Source of the DNA: an uncultured virus (IMG/VR IMGVR_UViG_3300042546_000459)
Lineage: Duplodnaviria > Heunggongvirae > Uroviricota > Caudoviricetes
Strand: one strand, 5' to 3'
Virus record (IMG/VR): IMGVR_UViG_3300042546_000459
DNA length: 64,000 nt
The translations under genes were made by a program, and so were the position numbers. The notes beneath the pieces were generated by a model. That model saw only the letters and a list, made by a program, of their open reading frames with translations, did no database searches and was not told the origin of the DNA. How positions within the stretch are numbered: the first letter of the stretch is position 1; each line of letters begins with the position of its first letter. Shown one piece after another: positions 28,013 through 36,660 of the stretch.

Positions 28013-29806
28013 ATGACTCAATGGATTGCTGCTATTGCTAGAGGTCACAATTCTGGCGTGTGTTTATTAAAAGATGGTGAATTAGTTTTTTCTATTGAAG
28101 AGGAAAGACTGTCTAGACATAAGTATGATGGTGGACCATTGGCTTCAATGGTTAAAATATTAGAGTATACTAATCGCTTAGACTATCTTGTTATCGCTCA
28201 TACACAACCATTATCTGATGCTGGTAAAATTGATTTTACTGGGGATGATATGTATACTGGTATGGCTAGAAAACTTGGGTTAATTGATAGAAAGGAAAAT
28301 AACTATGATCATCCTCAAGTTATTGATTTAAGTAAAATTCATCACAAGTTACATGCTTCTTGTGCTTTTTATCGTTCTGGTTTTGAGAGTGCTGTTGCTG
28401 TTATTGTTGATGGTGCAGGAACTTTTATTCCAATGAATTTTGGAAGACAGCAAGAAATGACATGGGAATTAGAAACTATTTTTAGTTGTGAATATCCTGC
28501 AAATATCAAAACTCTTTATAAACATCAGGGGGGTAGAGGTCCATGGGCTTCTGTCAAAATTCCCGAAATGTATAATCAGGATGAGGAATCTAATTATGAA
28601 TTGATTGTTGACGAAACTGCTGGTATTACAAAAGCATATGAAGCAGTAACTCAATATTGTGGATGGCCTCCTATTGAAGCTGGTAAAACCATGGGATTGT
28701 TCCCTTATGGAAAATTAAATGATAAAGTCCCAGAAATTTATACTGATTGTGGTGGGGGAAAATGGAAGAGTGCTGATAGAAATGTTATTGTCCCTACCTA
28801 TCCTAATGGTGCAATTGTTAATGAAGGAAGATTTGAATTTCTTGAAACTCCAGAAGAATTTGAAGATCTAACTCTTTTAGAAAATCGTCGTGACTTGGCG
28901 TATGCTATTCAAACACAATCACAACAGATGGTTCTTGATTTAATTCGTAAAGCAGTTCAAATGTCTGGAAATAATAATGTTGTTATTTCTGGTGGATATG
29001 GACTTAATTGTGTTGCAAACTATTGGTATCTTGAGCAACTTAAAGATGAAGGAATTAATCTTTATGTTGAACCAGTAAGTAATGATGCAGGAACTGCTAT
29101 TGGTGCTGCATTGCTTGCTCATCATAGACTTAATGAAGATGGTATTGTCAAATCTAGAATTGATAATCTTTATACTGGATTAGAATATACTTACATTCAA
29201 ACTGAAATTCAAAGTATTTGTGAAAAATACAATGTAACATCAGTATCGAGTTCAAATTATAAAGATATTGTTGAATTAATTACCCAAAAAAATATCGTTG
29301 CATTGTTCCAGGGAAGATCGGAGGCTGGTCCTCGTGCTCTTGGTAATCGTTCTATTCTTTATGATCCTAGAGATCCAGATGGTAAGGATCATGTGAATAG
29401 AATTAAAAGAAGAGAATACTTTAGACCTTTTGCAGGATCTATTTTGCAAGAGCACGTTCACGACTGGTTTGATCTAAGAGGAATGGAAGATTCTCCTTTT
29501 ATGATGTATGCAGTAAACTGCAAGGAAGGGATTGAGGAAAAAATTCCAGCAATTATTCACGTTGATTGTACTTGTAGAATACAGACAGTAACAGAAGAGC
29601 AAAATAAACATTATTACAATCTCATTTCTGAGTTCTATAATCAAACTGGTTGCCCAATTATTTTTAATACCTCTTTTAATCTTGGTGGAGAACCTTTAGT
29701 TGAAACCTTGGACGATGCGATCAGAACTCTTGCAAATAGTCTTATTGAATATTTGTATCTTCCAGAATATGAACTTTTAATTTATGTAAAAAATGAAAAA
29801 AATTAA
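28013..29806 (+). CDS. Carbamoyltransferase (NodU/CmcH/TobZ family)
   Basis: EEERLSRHK, HHKLHA, VDGAG, GKTMGL, NDAGTAIGAA, GPRALGNRS, NTSFN. Confidence 0.93.
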   Translation: MTQWIAAIARGHNSGVCLLKDGELVFSIEEERLSRHKYDGGPLASMVKILEYTNRLDYLVIAHTQPLSDAGKIDFTGDDMYTGMARKLGLIDRKENNYDHPQVIDLSKIHHKLHASCAFYRSGFESAVAVIVDGAGTFIPMNFGRQQEMTWELETIFSCEYPANIKTLYKHQGGRGPWASVKIPEMYNQDEESNYELIVDETAGITKAYEAVTQYCGWPPIEAGKTMGLFPYGKLNDKVPEIYTDCGGGKWKSADRNVIVPTYPNGAIVNEGRFEFLETPEEFEDLTLLENRRDLAYAIQTQSQQMVLDLIRKAVQMSGNNNVVISGGYGLNCVANYWYLEQLKDEGINLYVEPVSNDAGTAIGAALLAHHRLNEDGIVKSRIDNLYTGLEYTYIQTEIQSICEKYNVTSVSSSNYKDIVELITQKNIVALFQGRSEAGPRALGNRSILYDPRDPDGKDHVNRIKRREYFRPFAGSILQEHVHDWFDLRGMEDSPFMMYAVNCKEGIEEKIPAIIHVDCTCRIQTVTEEQNKHYYNLISEFYNQTGCPIIFNTSFNLGGEPLVETLDDAIRTLANSLIEYLYLPEYELLIYVKNEKN

Positions 29807-31286
29807 TTCAGTAAAAAGAATAACTATTGTTGGTGGAGGTACTTCTGCATGGTTGAGTGCCGCCTTCTTTTTAAAACAATCACAGTTTGGTACAGAAATT
29901 GTAGTTATTGATAAAGAAAAGGGAAATCCTGTTGGAGTTGGTGAAGCAACATTACTTAGTTTTAAAACTTTTATGGATTTTTGTGGATTTCCTATTCAAT
30001 CCTGGTTTGATGAAATTGATGCTACTTTTAAATCGGGAATTCTATTTACAAATTGGAATAGACAAAATGATGACATTTGGCATCCTTTTTGTTTTCCTCA
30101 ATTTGATTTTTTAAAATCTTCTTTACTCAACTTATGGTCAAAAACTAATTTTGGTCTTAAAACACATGGATCTGCTTTATATGAATGTTCTGTAAAAGAA
30201 AACAAAATAGATACCAATAATATTGGAGCATATGCATTCCATATTGACTGTGGAAAATTGGTAAAATTCATTCAATCTCAAATAAAAAATAATATTAATT
30301 TTATAAATTCTGAAGTTATTGATATTATTAGGGATGATACTGGTGATATAAATCATTTATTATTGGTAAATGGTCAAAAAATAGAATCTGATTTGTATAT
30401 TGATTGTACTGGATTCAAAAGATTTTTGGGATCCAAACCAAAAACTGTAAATCTTAGAGATAGACTATTTTGTGATACTGCAATTGCTGGGCATATTCCT
30501 TATAAAAATGAATCTGAGGAAATGCGTCCATATGTAATTTGTGATGCTGTAGAACATGGTTGGATTTGGAATATACCAGTTAGGTCTAGAATAGGTTCTG
30601 GTTTAGTTTTTAATAGATCTGTAACTGACATAGAAGAAGCAAAAGAGTATTTTGTAAATTATTGGGATAATAGAGTAGAAAAAGAATCGTTAAAAGTTAT
30701 TGATTGGACTCCGTATTACCATGAAAATTTTTGGGATAATAATGTGGTGTCTATTGGATTATCTGCTGGATTTATTGAACCATTAGAAAGCACTGGTGTT
30801 GGTCTTATTTGTGCGGGTATTTTAGAACTCGGGGATAGATTGAAAAAAGCACATTATAATTATGATGATATTAATCTATACAATTGTAAGATGAAATGTT
30901 TTTTTGAATCTGCAGTTGATTTTGTTAATATGCATTATTCCAATACAAATAGATTTGGTAAATTTTGGGAATGGGTAAAAAGAGAACATACGGTTAATAC
31001 TACACATCAATATTTTATTGATGAATTTTTAAATAACCCATATAGTTTTCCTCATGGTGGAACAGAAATGTTTGATGGGAATAACTGGAGTATATGGCTT
31101 TGTCAATTAAATACATCTTTTATTCCAAAATTTGCAGATGGTGTTGATACCAAACATTCATATGAGTTAGTAAATAATTTTCATGATAATGAAATAGAAA
31201 AACATAAAAATTCTATTTTGCACTCGGAATTTGTTAAAACCTTTACTAAAGAATTAAATGGAAAAAATGGAAAAAATATTCGTTAA
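29793..31286 (+). CDS. Flavin-dependent (tryptophan-type) halogenase
   Basis: VGGGTSAW FAD loop, GVGEAT, ATFKSGI catalytic Lys, WIWNIP, FIEPLESTG. Confidence 0.9.
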   Translation: MKKINSVKRITIVGGGTSAWLSAAFFLKQSQFGTEIVVIDKEKGNPVGVGEATLLSFKTFMDFCGFPIQSWFDEIDATFKSGILFTNWNRQNDDIWHPFCFPQFDFLKSSLLNLWSKTNFGLKTHGSALYECSVKENKIDTNNIGAYAFHIDCGKLVKFIQSQIKNNINFINSEVIDIIRDDTGDINHLLLVNGQKIESDLYIDCTGFKRFLGSKPKTVNLRDRLFCDTAIAGHIPYKNESEEMRPYVICDAVEHGWIWNIPVRSRIGSGLVFNRSVTDIEEAKEYFVNYWDNRVEKESLKVIDWTPYYHENFWDNNVVSIGLSAGFIEPLESTGVGLICAGILELGDRLKKAHYNYDDINLYNCKMKCFFESAVDFVNMHYSNTNRFGKFWEWVKREHTVNTTHQYFIDEFLNNPYSFPHGGTEMFDGNNWSIWLCQLNTSFIPKFADGVDTKHSYELVNNFHDNEIEKHKNSILHSEFVKTFTKELNGKNGKNIR

Positions 31287-31674
31287 TGGTACTTTTGATA
31301 TTTTGCATAAAGGACATTTAGAACTGTTAAATTATGCCAAATCAAAAGGAGATATTTTATATGTTGCCATTGATACTGATCAGAGAGTTAAAGAAAAAAA
31401 AGGAGAATCAAGACCAATTAATAATCAAAATGATAGGGCAGAATTTTTAATTAATTTAAAATCTGTAGATTATGTTGTTCTATTCAATACAGATGAAGAA
31501 TTAGAATATTTGGTTAAAAGTATAGAACCTGATATAATGGTTGTAGGTTCAGATTGGATTGGTAAAACAGTTATTGGATCTGAACATGCAAAAGAATTAA
31601 AATTTTTTAATAGATTAGATGGATACTCAACTACAAACACAATTGAACGTATTGTTAATAGGGGAGAAGTGTGA
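31267..31674 (+). CDS. HldC/RfaE domain II-like nucleotidyltransferase
   Basis: NGTFDILHKGH, KGESRPIN, YSTT. Confidence 0.85.
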   Translation: MEKIFVNGTFDILHKGHLELLNYAKSKGDILYVAIDTDQRVKEKKGESRPINNQNDRAEFLINLKSVDYVVLFNTDEELEYLVKSIEPDIMVVGSDWIGKTVIGSEHAKELKFFNRLDGYSTTNTIERIVNRGEV

Positions 31675-32425
31675 AGATGAATATCTTTATGGTGATGTAG
31701 AACGCATTAGTCCAGAAGCTCCAGTACCAATACTTAAGTATATTTGTACTGAAACTCATTCTGGAATGTCTTCTAATGTTAAAAATAATCTAGAATCTTT
31801 TGGTATTAATGTAGTTCATATAACCAATAAAGAAACTATTAAAAAAACTAGAGTAGTTCACAATGGTAGTAAACAACAACTTTTAAGAATTGATAAAGAT
31901 GTAAAAGTATCTCCGATTAAACCCTCTGAGGTTCGGAGTGCTTTTTTGCATTTTTCTTATGATGCAGTTGTTGTATCTGATTATGATAAAGGTCTTCTTA
32001 CAACTGACGACCTTAAAGTAATTTGTCAGAACTTTAATGGTCCTGTTTTTATTGATACTAAAAAACGGGATTTATTTACTGAAAAGAATGTAATTTTTAA
32101 AATAAATCAGAGAGAATATAATAATCTTATATCTTATCCAGAGGATGTACATTTAATTGTTACTATGGGTAGTGATGGAGTTAAATACTTGGGATATACA
32201 TATCCATCGGAAAAAGTAAATGTATTTGATGTTGTTGGTGCTGGTGATACCTTCTTAGCAGCATTTGTATACTCTTACTTGACATGTAAAGAAGATAGAT
32301 TTAGATTTTCTGAATCTATTAAATATGCAAATAAAGCAGCAGCAATTGCTGTTCAACATTTTGGTACATATACATTATCAGAAGATGATATTAGGAGTTT
32401 AAATAATGGCAATATATTGTATTGA
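31619..32425 (+). CDS. HldA/RfaE domain I-like heptose-7-phosphate kinase (PfkB family)
   Basis: YGDVERISPEAPVP, SDYDKG, DVVGAGDTF; overlaps the upstream gene by 56 nt. Confidence 0.85.
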   Translation: MDTQLQTQLNVLLIGEKCEDEYLYGDVERISPEAPVPILKYICTETHSGMSSNVKNNLESFGINVVHITNKETIKKTRVVHNGSKQQLLRIDKDVKVSPIKPSEVRSAFLHFSYDAVVVSDYDKGLLTTDDLKVICQNFNGPVFIDTKKRDLFTEKNVIFKINQREYNNLISYPEDVHLIVTMGSDGVKYLGYTYPSEKVNVFDVVGAGDTFLAAFVYSYLTCKEDRFRFSESIKYANKAAAIAVQHFGTYTLSEDDIRSLNNGNILY

Positions 32426-32735
32426 TATTGATGGTACAATTTGTGAAAATGGAGCATGTAAAGTATGTGCTTATGAGGGAAGTATGCCTCATTTAGAACG
32501 AATTGAAAAAATCAATCAACTTTATGAAGATGGGCATACAATAAAATATTTTACTGCTAGAGGAATGGGTAGATATAATGATGATGCTCAAAAAGCGAAA
32601 GATAAATTTTATAATTTAACTAAAATGCAATTAGAATTATGGGGATGTAAATACCATGAATTGATAATGGGTAAACCATCAGCAGACTACTATATAGATG
32701 ATAAAGCAATAAAAGACAATGACTTCTTCAATTGA
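32406..32735 (+). CDS. Small HAD-family phosphatase
   Basis: DIDGTIC motif I, TARG motif II, GKP..DYYIDDK motifs III/IV. Confidence 0.8.
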   Translation: MAIYCIDIDGTICENGACKVCAYEGSMPHLERIEKINQLYEDGHTIKYFTARGMGRYNDDAQKAKDKFYNLTKMQLELWGCKYHELIMGKPSADYYIDDKAIKDNDFFN

Positions 32736-33072
32736 ATTTGTTCCCAAAGGATGGGGATTTGAAAAGTGGATTGTAAATACAGAACAATATTGTGGTAAAC
32801 TTTTATATTTTGTAAAAGGTAGAAAGTGTTCTTGGCATTATCATAAAATTAAAGATGAAACTTTCTATGTTCAATCTGGATTATTGATACTTCATTATGG
32901 GTATGATGATGATATTAATTTAGCACAAAAAAGAACACTTAAAAAAGGAGAAAAATTCCATGTCCCAGTTGGACTTAGACATAGAATGTATGCCCTAGAA
33001 GATACTGAATTATTTGAATTTTCTACTCAACATTTTGAAGAAGATAGTTACAGGGTTATTAAAGGAGATTAA
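32719..33072 (+). CDS. Cupin, sugar-phosphate isomerase-like
   Basis: KGWGFEKW, SWHYHKIKDETF, HRM, EFST. Confidence 0.75.
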   Translation: MTSSIEFVPKGWGFEKWIVNTEQYCGKLLYFVKGRKCSWHYHKIKDETFYVQSGLLILHYGYDDDINLAQKRTLKKGEKFHVPVGLRHRMYALEDTELFEFSTQHFEEDSYRVIKGD

Positions 33073-33075
33073 ATT

Positions 33076-33657
33076 ATGGATATAAAAGATTTAGTTGTTG
33101 AATTTAATAATTTTATATCTGATCAAAAATGTGATGAGATGATAGAATGGTTTGAAACTAATTCTCATCTACAATTAGATGGAACTGTTTCTGGAACTTT
33201 AAATGGAAAAAATGATAATTATGTAATGATGGATTTTAAAAAAGCGAAGCAATCTAATCCATTACCAGAGGATCCAGTGTCTCATTTAATGACTAATATT
33301 ATATTTGATACATATAAAACTTATTCAGAAATAAGACCAGCACCTCAAACAAATATTTGTGCAAGAGATTATTCTATAAGAGTTTATAAAAAAAATGAAG
33401 GTTATTTTAAACCTCATGTTGATCAAGATGCTGGTGGTAATGTTACTAGGATTTTTGCAATTATAATGTATTTAAATGATGTTGTGGAAGGTGGGGAGAC
33501 AGAATTTCCACATTATGATATAAAAGTTAAACCAGAAAAGGGTAAAGTATTAATATTTCCTTGTAATTATTTATTTCCACATCAAGGTAATATGCCAATA
33601 TCTAATGACAAATACATTGCTACTTCATTTATCAATTATACGGATATAAAATGTTAG
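33076..33657 (+). CDS. 2OG-Fe(II) oxygenase (prolyl-4-hydroxylase-like)
   Basis: HVD, YLNDVVEGGETEF, FPH, KYI. Confidence 0.85.
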   Translation: MDIKDLVVEFNNFISDQKCDEMIEWFETNSHLQLDGTVSGTLNGKNDNYVMMDFKKAKQSNPLPEDPVSHLMTNIIFDTYKTYSEIRPAPQTNICARDYSIRVYKKNEGYFKPHVDQDAGGNVTRIFAIIMYLNDVVEGGETEFPHYDIKVKPEKGKVLIFPCNYLFPHQGNMPISNDKYIATSFINYTDIKC

Positions 33658-34265
33658 AATACAATGTAACTAAACCGTTTGGTCCTATCATTTTTGAATG
33701 TTTTTGCCCACAAAATGTGGTGGATAATTTTAATAATTTCATTGATAATATGGATCAAGAAACAAAAGAACTATGTTCCTCTAAGCATAGTAAAGTTCAA
33801 GGATTTCCTGATCTATTATCAAGAGGATTTGAGATTGTATATTTGACAAGTGATCAATTAGATACTATTGGATTTTCATCTTTTATTGCTAATGCTTCTG
33901 AAGAATATATGAAAGTTCATGGTGTGAATAGTGCGGATATATATTTTAACAATTCACATTTTTCAGAGTTATTTGTTGATGTTTGGGTTAATAGATATTT
34001 TCAAAATGACTATACACCACCACATGATCATGCTGGACATATATCTGGAATAACGATATTGGATTTACCAGAAGATTCGGATTGGTATGATTTACATAAT
34101 TTGGAATTTATTTGGAATAATGAGCATCATAGACCTGAGCAGAAAATAGGAAAGACTTTTTTGTTTCCCAGTAACCTTATGCATTGGGTTACTAAACAAA
34201 AAAGTCTTTTAGAAAGAAGGACTATTAGTTTTAATTTACTTGTAAATACTCAGCAACAGACTTGA
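33651..34265 (+). CDS. 2OG-Fe(II) oxygenase-like protein
   Basis: WVN, PPHDH, ISG, LFPSNLMHWV, RRTISFN. Confidence 0.8.
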   Translation: MLEYNVTKPFGPIIFECFCPQNVVDNFNNFIDNMDQETKELCSSKHSKVQGFPDLLSRGFEIVYLTSDQLDTIGFSSFIANASEEYMKVHGVNSADIYFNNSHFSELFVDVWVNRYFQNDYTPPHDHAGHISGITILDLPEDSDWYDLHNLEFIWNNEHHRPEQKIGKTFLFPSNLMHWVTKQKSLLERRTISFNLLVNTQQQT

Positions 34266-35025
34266 AGTTATAATTTTTTAACCAACTCATATCTGCACAA
34301 GTATAAGTTTGATATTTACCAACTAAATGATCTGGGAAGGGAATGGTATTAATTTTACCATTCTCTTTTTTTGCAACTAATTCTGCAACCTCTTGGAATG
34401 AAATTGGATTTCCTGTGCCAATGTCATAAATTCCACTTGGTGCATCATTGTTTAAAACAATATCAACAATATCATCAACACAAACAAAGTCACGAAGAAA
34501 TTTGTCTGATCCTTCAAATAAATTAAGTTCTCCAGTTTCTCTAATTTCTTTGGTGAATTTACTAACTGGACTTGCTTGATTTCCTTTATGATCTTCTCCA
34601 TCACCGTACACATTAAAATAACGGAATCCCTGAATCAATTGGAATTGGTCTAAGTTATCTAATACACAATAATCAATTTGAAGTTTTGAAATTGCGTATT
34701 GATTTAATGGATTAATCTGCCCATTAGTGTTTCCGTATACTGATGCTGAAGATGCATACTTTACTGGAATTTTATATTCGATTGCTTTATTAAATAAGGC
34801 ACAAGAAAATGCTACATTATAATGCCATAATTTTTGTAAGTTTTTTTCTGTAGTCGATGATATTGCACCTTGATGTATGATAAGACTTACTTTGTCCCAA
34901 TCTTCAAATTCTCTTAATAATCTCCAAGAATCTTCTTGATCTATTAATAGTATGTCTTCATTTGTACTGATTTTATTTACAAAATGTTGACCAATAAAAC
35001 CAGATGATCCTGTAAGTATAATCAT
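34231..35025 (-). CDS. hldD: ADP-L-glycero-D-manno-heptose 6-epimerase-like SDR
   Basis: TGSSGFIG, HQGAISSTTE, YASSASVYG, PLNQYAISK, FRYFNVYG, RDFVCVDD. Confidence 0.85.
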   Translation of the reverse strand: MIILTGSSGFIGQHFVNKISTNEDILLIDQEDSWRLLREFEDWDKVSLIIHQGAISSTTEKNLQKLWHYNVAFSCALFNKAIEYKIPVKYASSASVYGNTNGQINPLNQYAISKLQIDYCVLDNLDQFQLIQGFRYFNVYGDGEDHKGNQASPVSKFTKEIRETGELNLFEGSDKFLRDFVCVDDIVDIVLNNDAPSGIYDIGTGNPISFQEVAELVAKKENGKINTIPFPDHLVGKYQTYTCADMSWLKNYNFKSVAEYLQVN

Positions 35026-35076
35026 AATTCTCCTATTATAATAAATAATAACATAAAAAAGACTAAAAGTATATCA

Positions 35077-35733
35077 ATGTCCTTTGGATCTCTAGCCTCA
35101 TATTCTACAATAAATAACTTCCCACAAATATTATATACTTCGCCATCTTCAAATTTTTCTGAAGGTAGTGTATATGTGGTTAATATGAATTCTTTCCCCG
35201 TTAAAATTAGAGTTGCGGTTTTGGGGAGCAATGATATAAGTGATTTACTAATTTCAGATTACATTATATATAACCATACAATTCCAACTGGAGAAAAATT
35301 TGTCTCCGATAAAATATTTTTAAAAGATGGTGAGTCTGTAGTTGTTAGAGCAGATTTGCCTAATGTTAAATTTACTTTCCGTGGTAGCGAAGTTGGGTTA
35401 TCAACTTCAACTTGTGGAATTTTATCTGCCTTTAGTCCAGTAACTAATGTTAAAATTGGTGCTGGACAAACGGTATTCAATATTCCAGTATCTATACTTG
35501 AAACTGATGCTAATTTATACATAACTAATACATCGCCAGATTACGTAGAGGTTAGCGTTGGTATCGGTACAACCATTGGCTCAAATCATTATTTGGTATA
35601 TAATGAGAGAGTTGATCCTGGAAATTATTTTTGTCAGAACGACATTAAATTGGGTGCTGGAGAAATTATTTTTGCGAAGGCTACATCAACAGATATAAAC
35701 ATAGTCGCTTTAGGAAAAACCACGAACAGATAA
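35077..35733 (+). CDS. Hypothetical protein with two internal repeats, probably structural
   Basis: Duplicated ...Y(I/L)(I/V)YN..(I/V)..G.....I.L..GE module; ATAAATA upstream. Confidence 0.55.
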   Translation: MSFGSLASYSTINNFPQILYTSPSSNFSEGSVYVVNMNSFPVKIRVAVLGSNDISDLLISDYIIYNHTIPTGEKFVSDKIFLKDGESVVVRADLPNVKFTFRGSEVGLSTSTCGILSAFSPVTNVKIGAGQTVFNIPVSILETDANLYITNTSPDYVEVSVGIGTTIGSNHYLVYNERVDPGNYFCQNDIKLGAGEIIFAKATSTDINIVALGKTTNR

Positions 35734-35975
35734 TGATGAAATTTACAGTTTATTCTAAATATGGTTGCCCATATTGTACCAAAGTTGAAGAAGTTTTAAA
35801 GTTGGCAAACCTTGAACATAAGGTTTATAAGTTGGATGATGATTTTACCCGTAACCAATTTTATGCAGAATTTGGTGAAGGTGCTACATTCCCACAAGTA
35901 TTGTTAAATGATCAACAACATCTTGGTGGTTGTACTGAAACAGTGAAGTATTTAAAAGAGCAGAATTTAGTGTAG
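35733..35975 (+). CDS. nrdC: Glutaredoxin
   Basis: CPYC, TFPQV, LGGC. Confidence 0.92.
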   Translation: MMKFTVYSKYGCPYCTKVEEVLKLANLEHKVYKLDDDFTRNQFYAEFGEGATFPQVLLNDQQHLGGCTETVKYLKEQNLV

Positions 35976-36614
35976 GTCGAATAAAAAATTGTAAATATAT
36001 CTTTCGGCAAATTCTTTATTATAATGTGCTTTTAAAATTCCATAAGCTGGATCTGTAGAAGACAGATGGTAATCATATCCTTTTTGATAAAGGTATGATA
36101 CTTCTGTCTTCTTTGAATTTTCTACACATTTTTTATATTGAAATATATATTGTGTAAATTGATCTATGTATTCTTTATAAAAACATACATCAGAACTTTT
36201 AAGCCATAATTTTTTTGAAAAGTATTTGTTTAAATCATATATTTTAGATTGCTCTTTTTTTCTATCTGCAAAATCTGATAAGTATGAATCAATATACTTT
36301 GAATTATATTCTGAATCTGATTTCAATGGATGGAAGTCTATAGTTCCAAAATATTTTTTACTTGAGGTTCCCAAATATTCAGTACCAAGAATCGGAAACT
36401 CGTAGTTGAAGTCTGGATATAATACCAAAGACTCTGCAAAAAATTTATTTTTTATATTTAATTCACACAACCTTATCCTTCTTATTTTATCAGTCTTCCA
36501 AATGTATGAAGTTATAGTAGATTCATTTTCTGTAATATGATTGTTTAACCATGGAGGTAAATCTACTGGTTCTAAATTATTAAATGTGCCTAGTAAGATA
36601 TCTTTTAAACTCAT
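35967..36614 (-). CDS. Ferredoxin-dependent bilin reductase (PebA/PebS-like), divergent
   Basis: YPDFNYEFPILG, DFHPL, YFS, YD......DPAYGIL...Y.KEFAERYI..FLF. Confidence 0.75.
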   Translation of the reverse strand: MSLKDILLGTFNNLEPVDLPPWLNNHITENESTITSYIWKTDKIRRIRLCELNIKNKFFAESLVLYPDFNYEFPILGTEYLGTSSKKYFGTIDFHPLKSDSEYNSKYIDSYLSDFADRKKEQSKIYDLNKYFSKKLWLKSSDVCFYKEYIDQFTQYIFQYKKCVENSKKTEVSYLYQKGYDYHLSSTDPAYGILKAHYNKEFAERYIYNFLFDLH

Positions 36615-36660
36615 GCACTTATAATATAAATTATTATAACAATATTTATTTGTTACTTTT

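Noticed and set aside
31619..31674. Frameshift fusion of the nucleotidyltransferase and kinase into a bifunctional HldE
   Set aside because: Both ORFs have plausible ends and starts, the domain order is opposite to HldE, and no convincing slippery site was found
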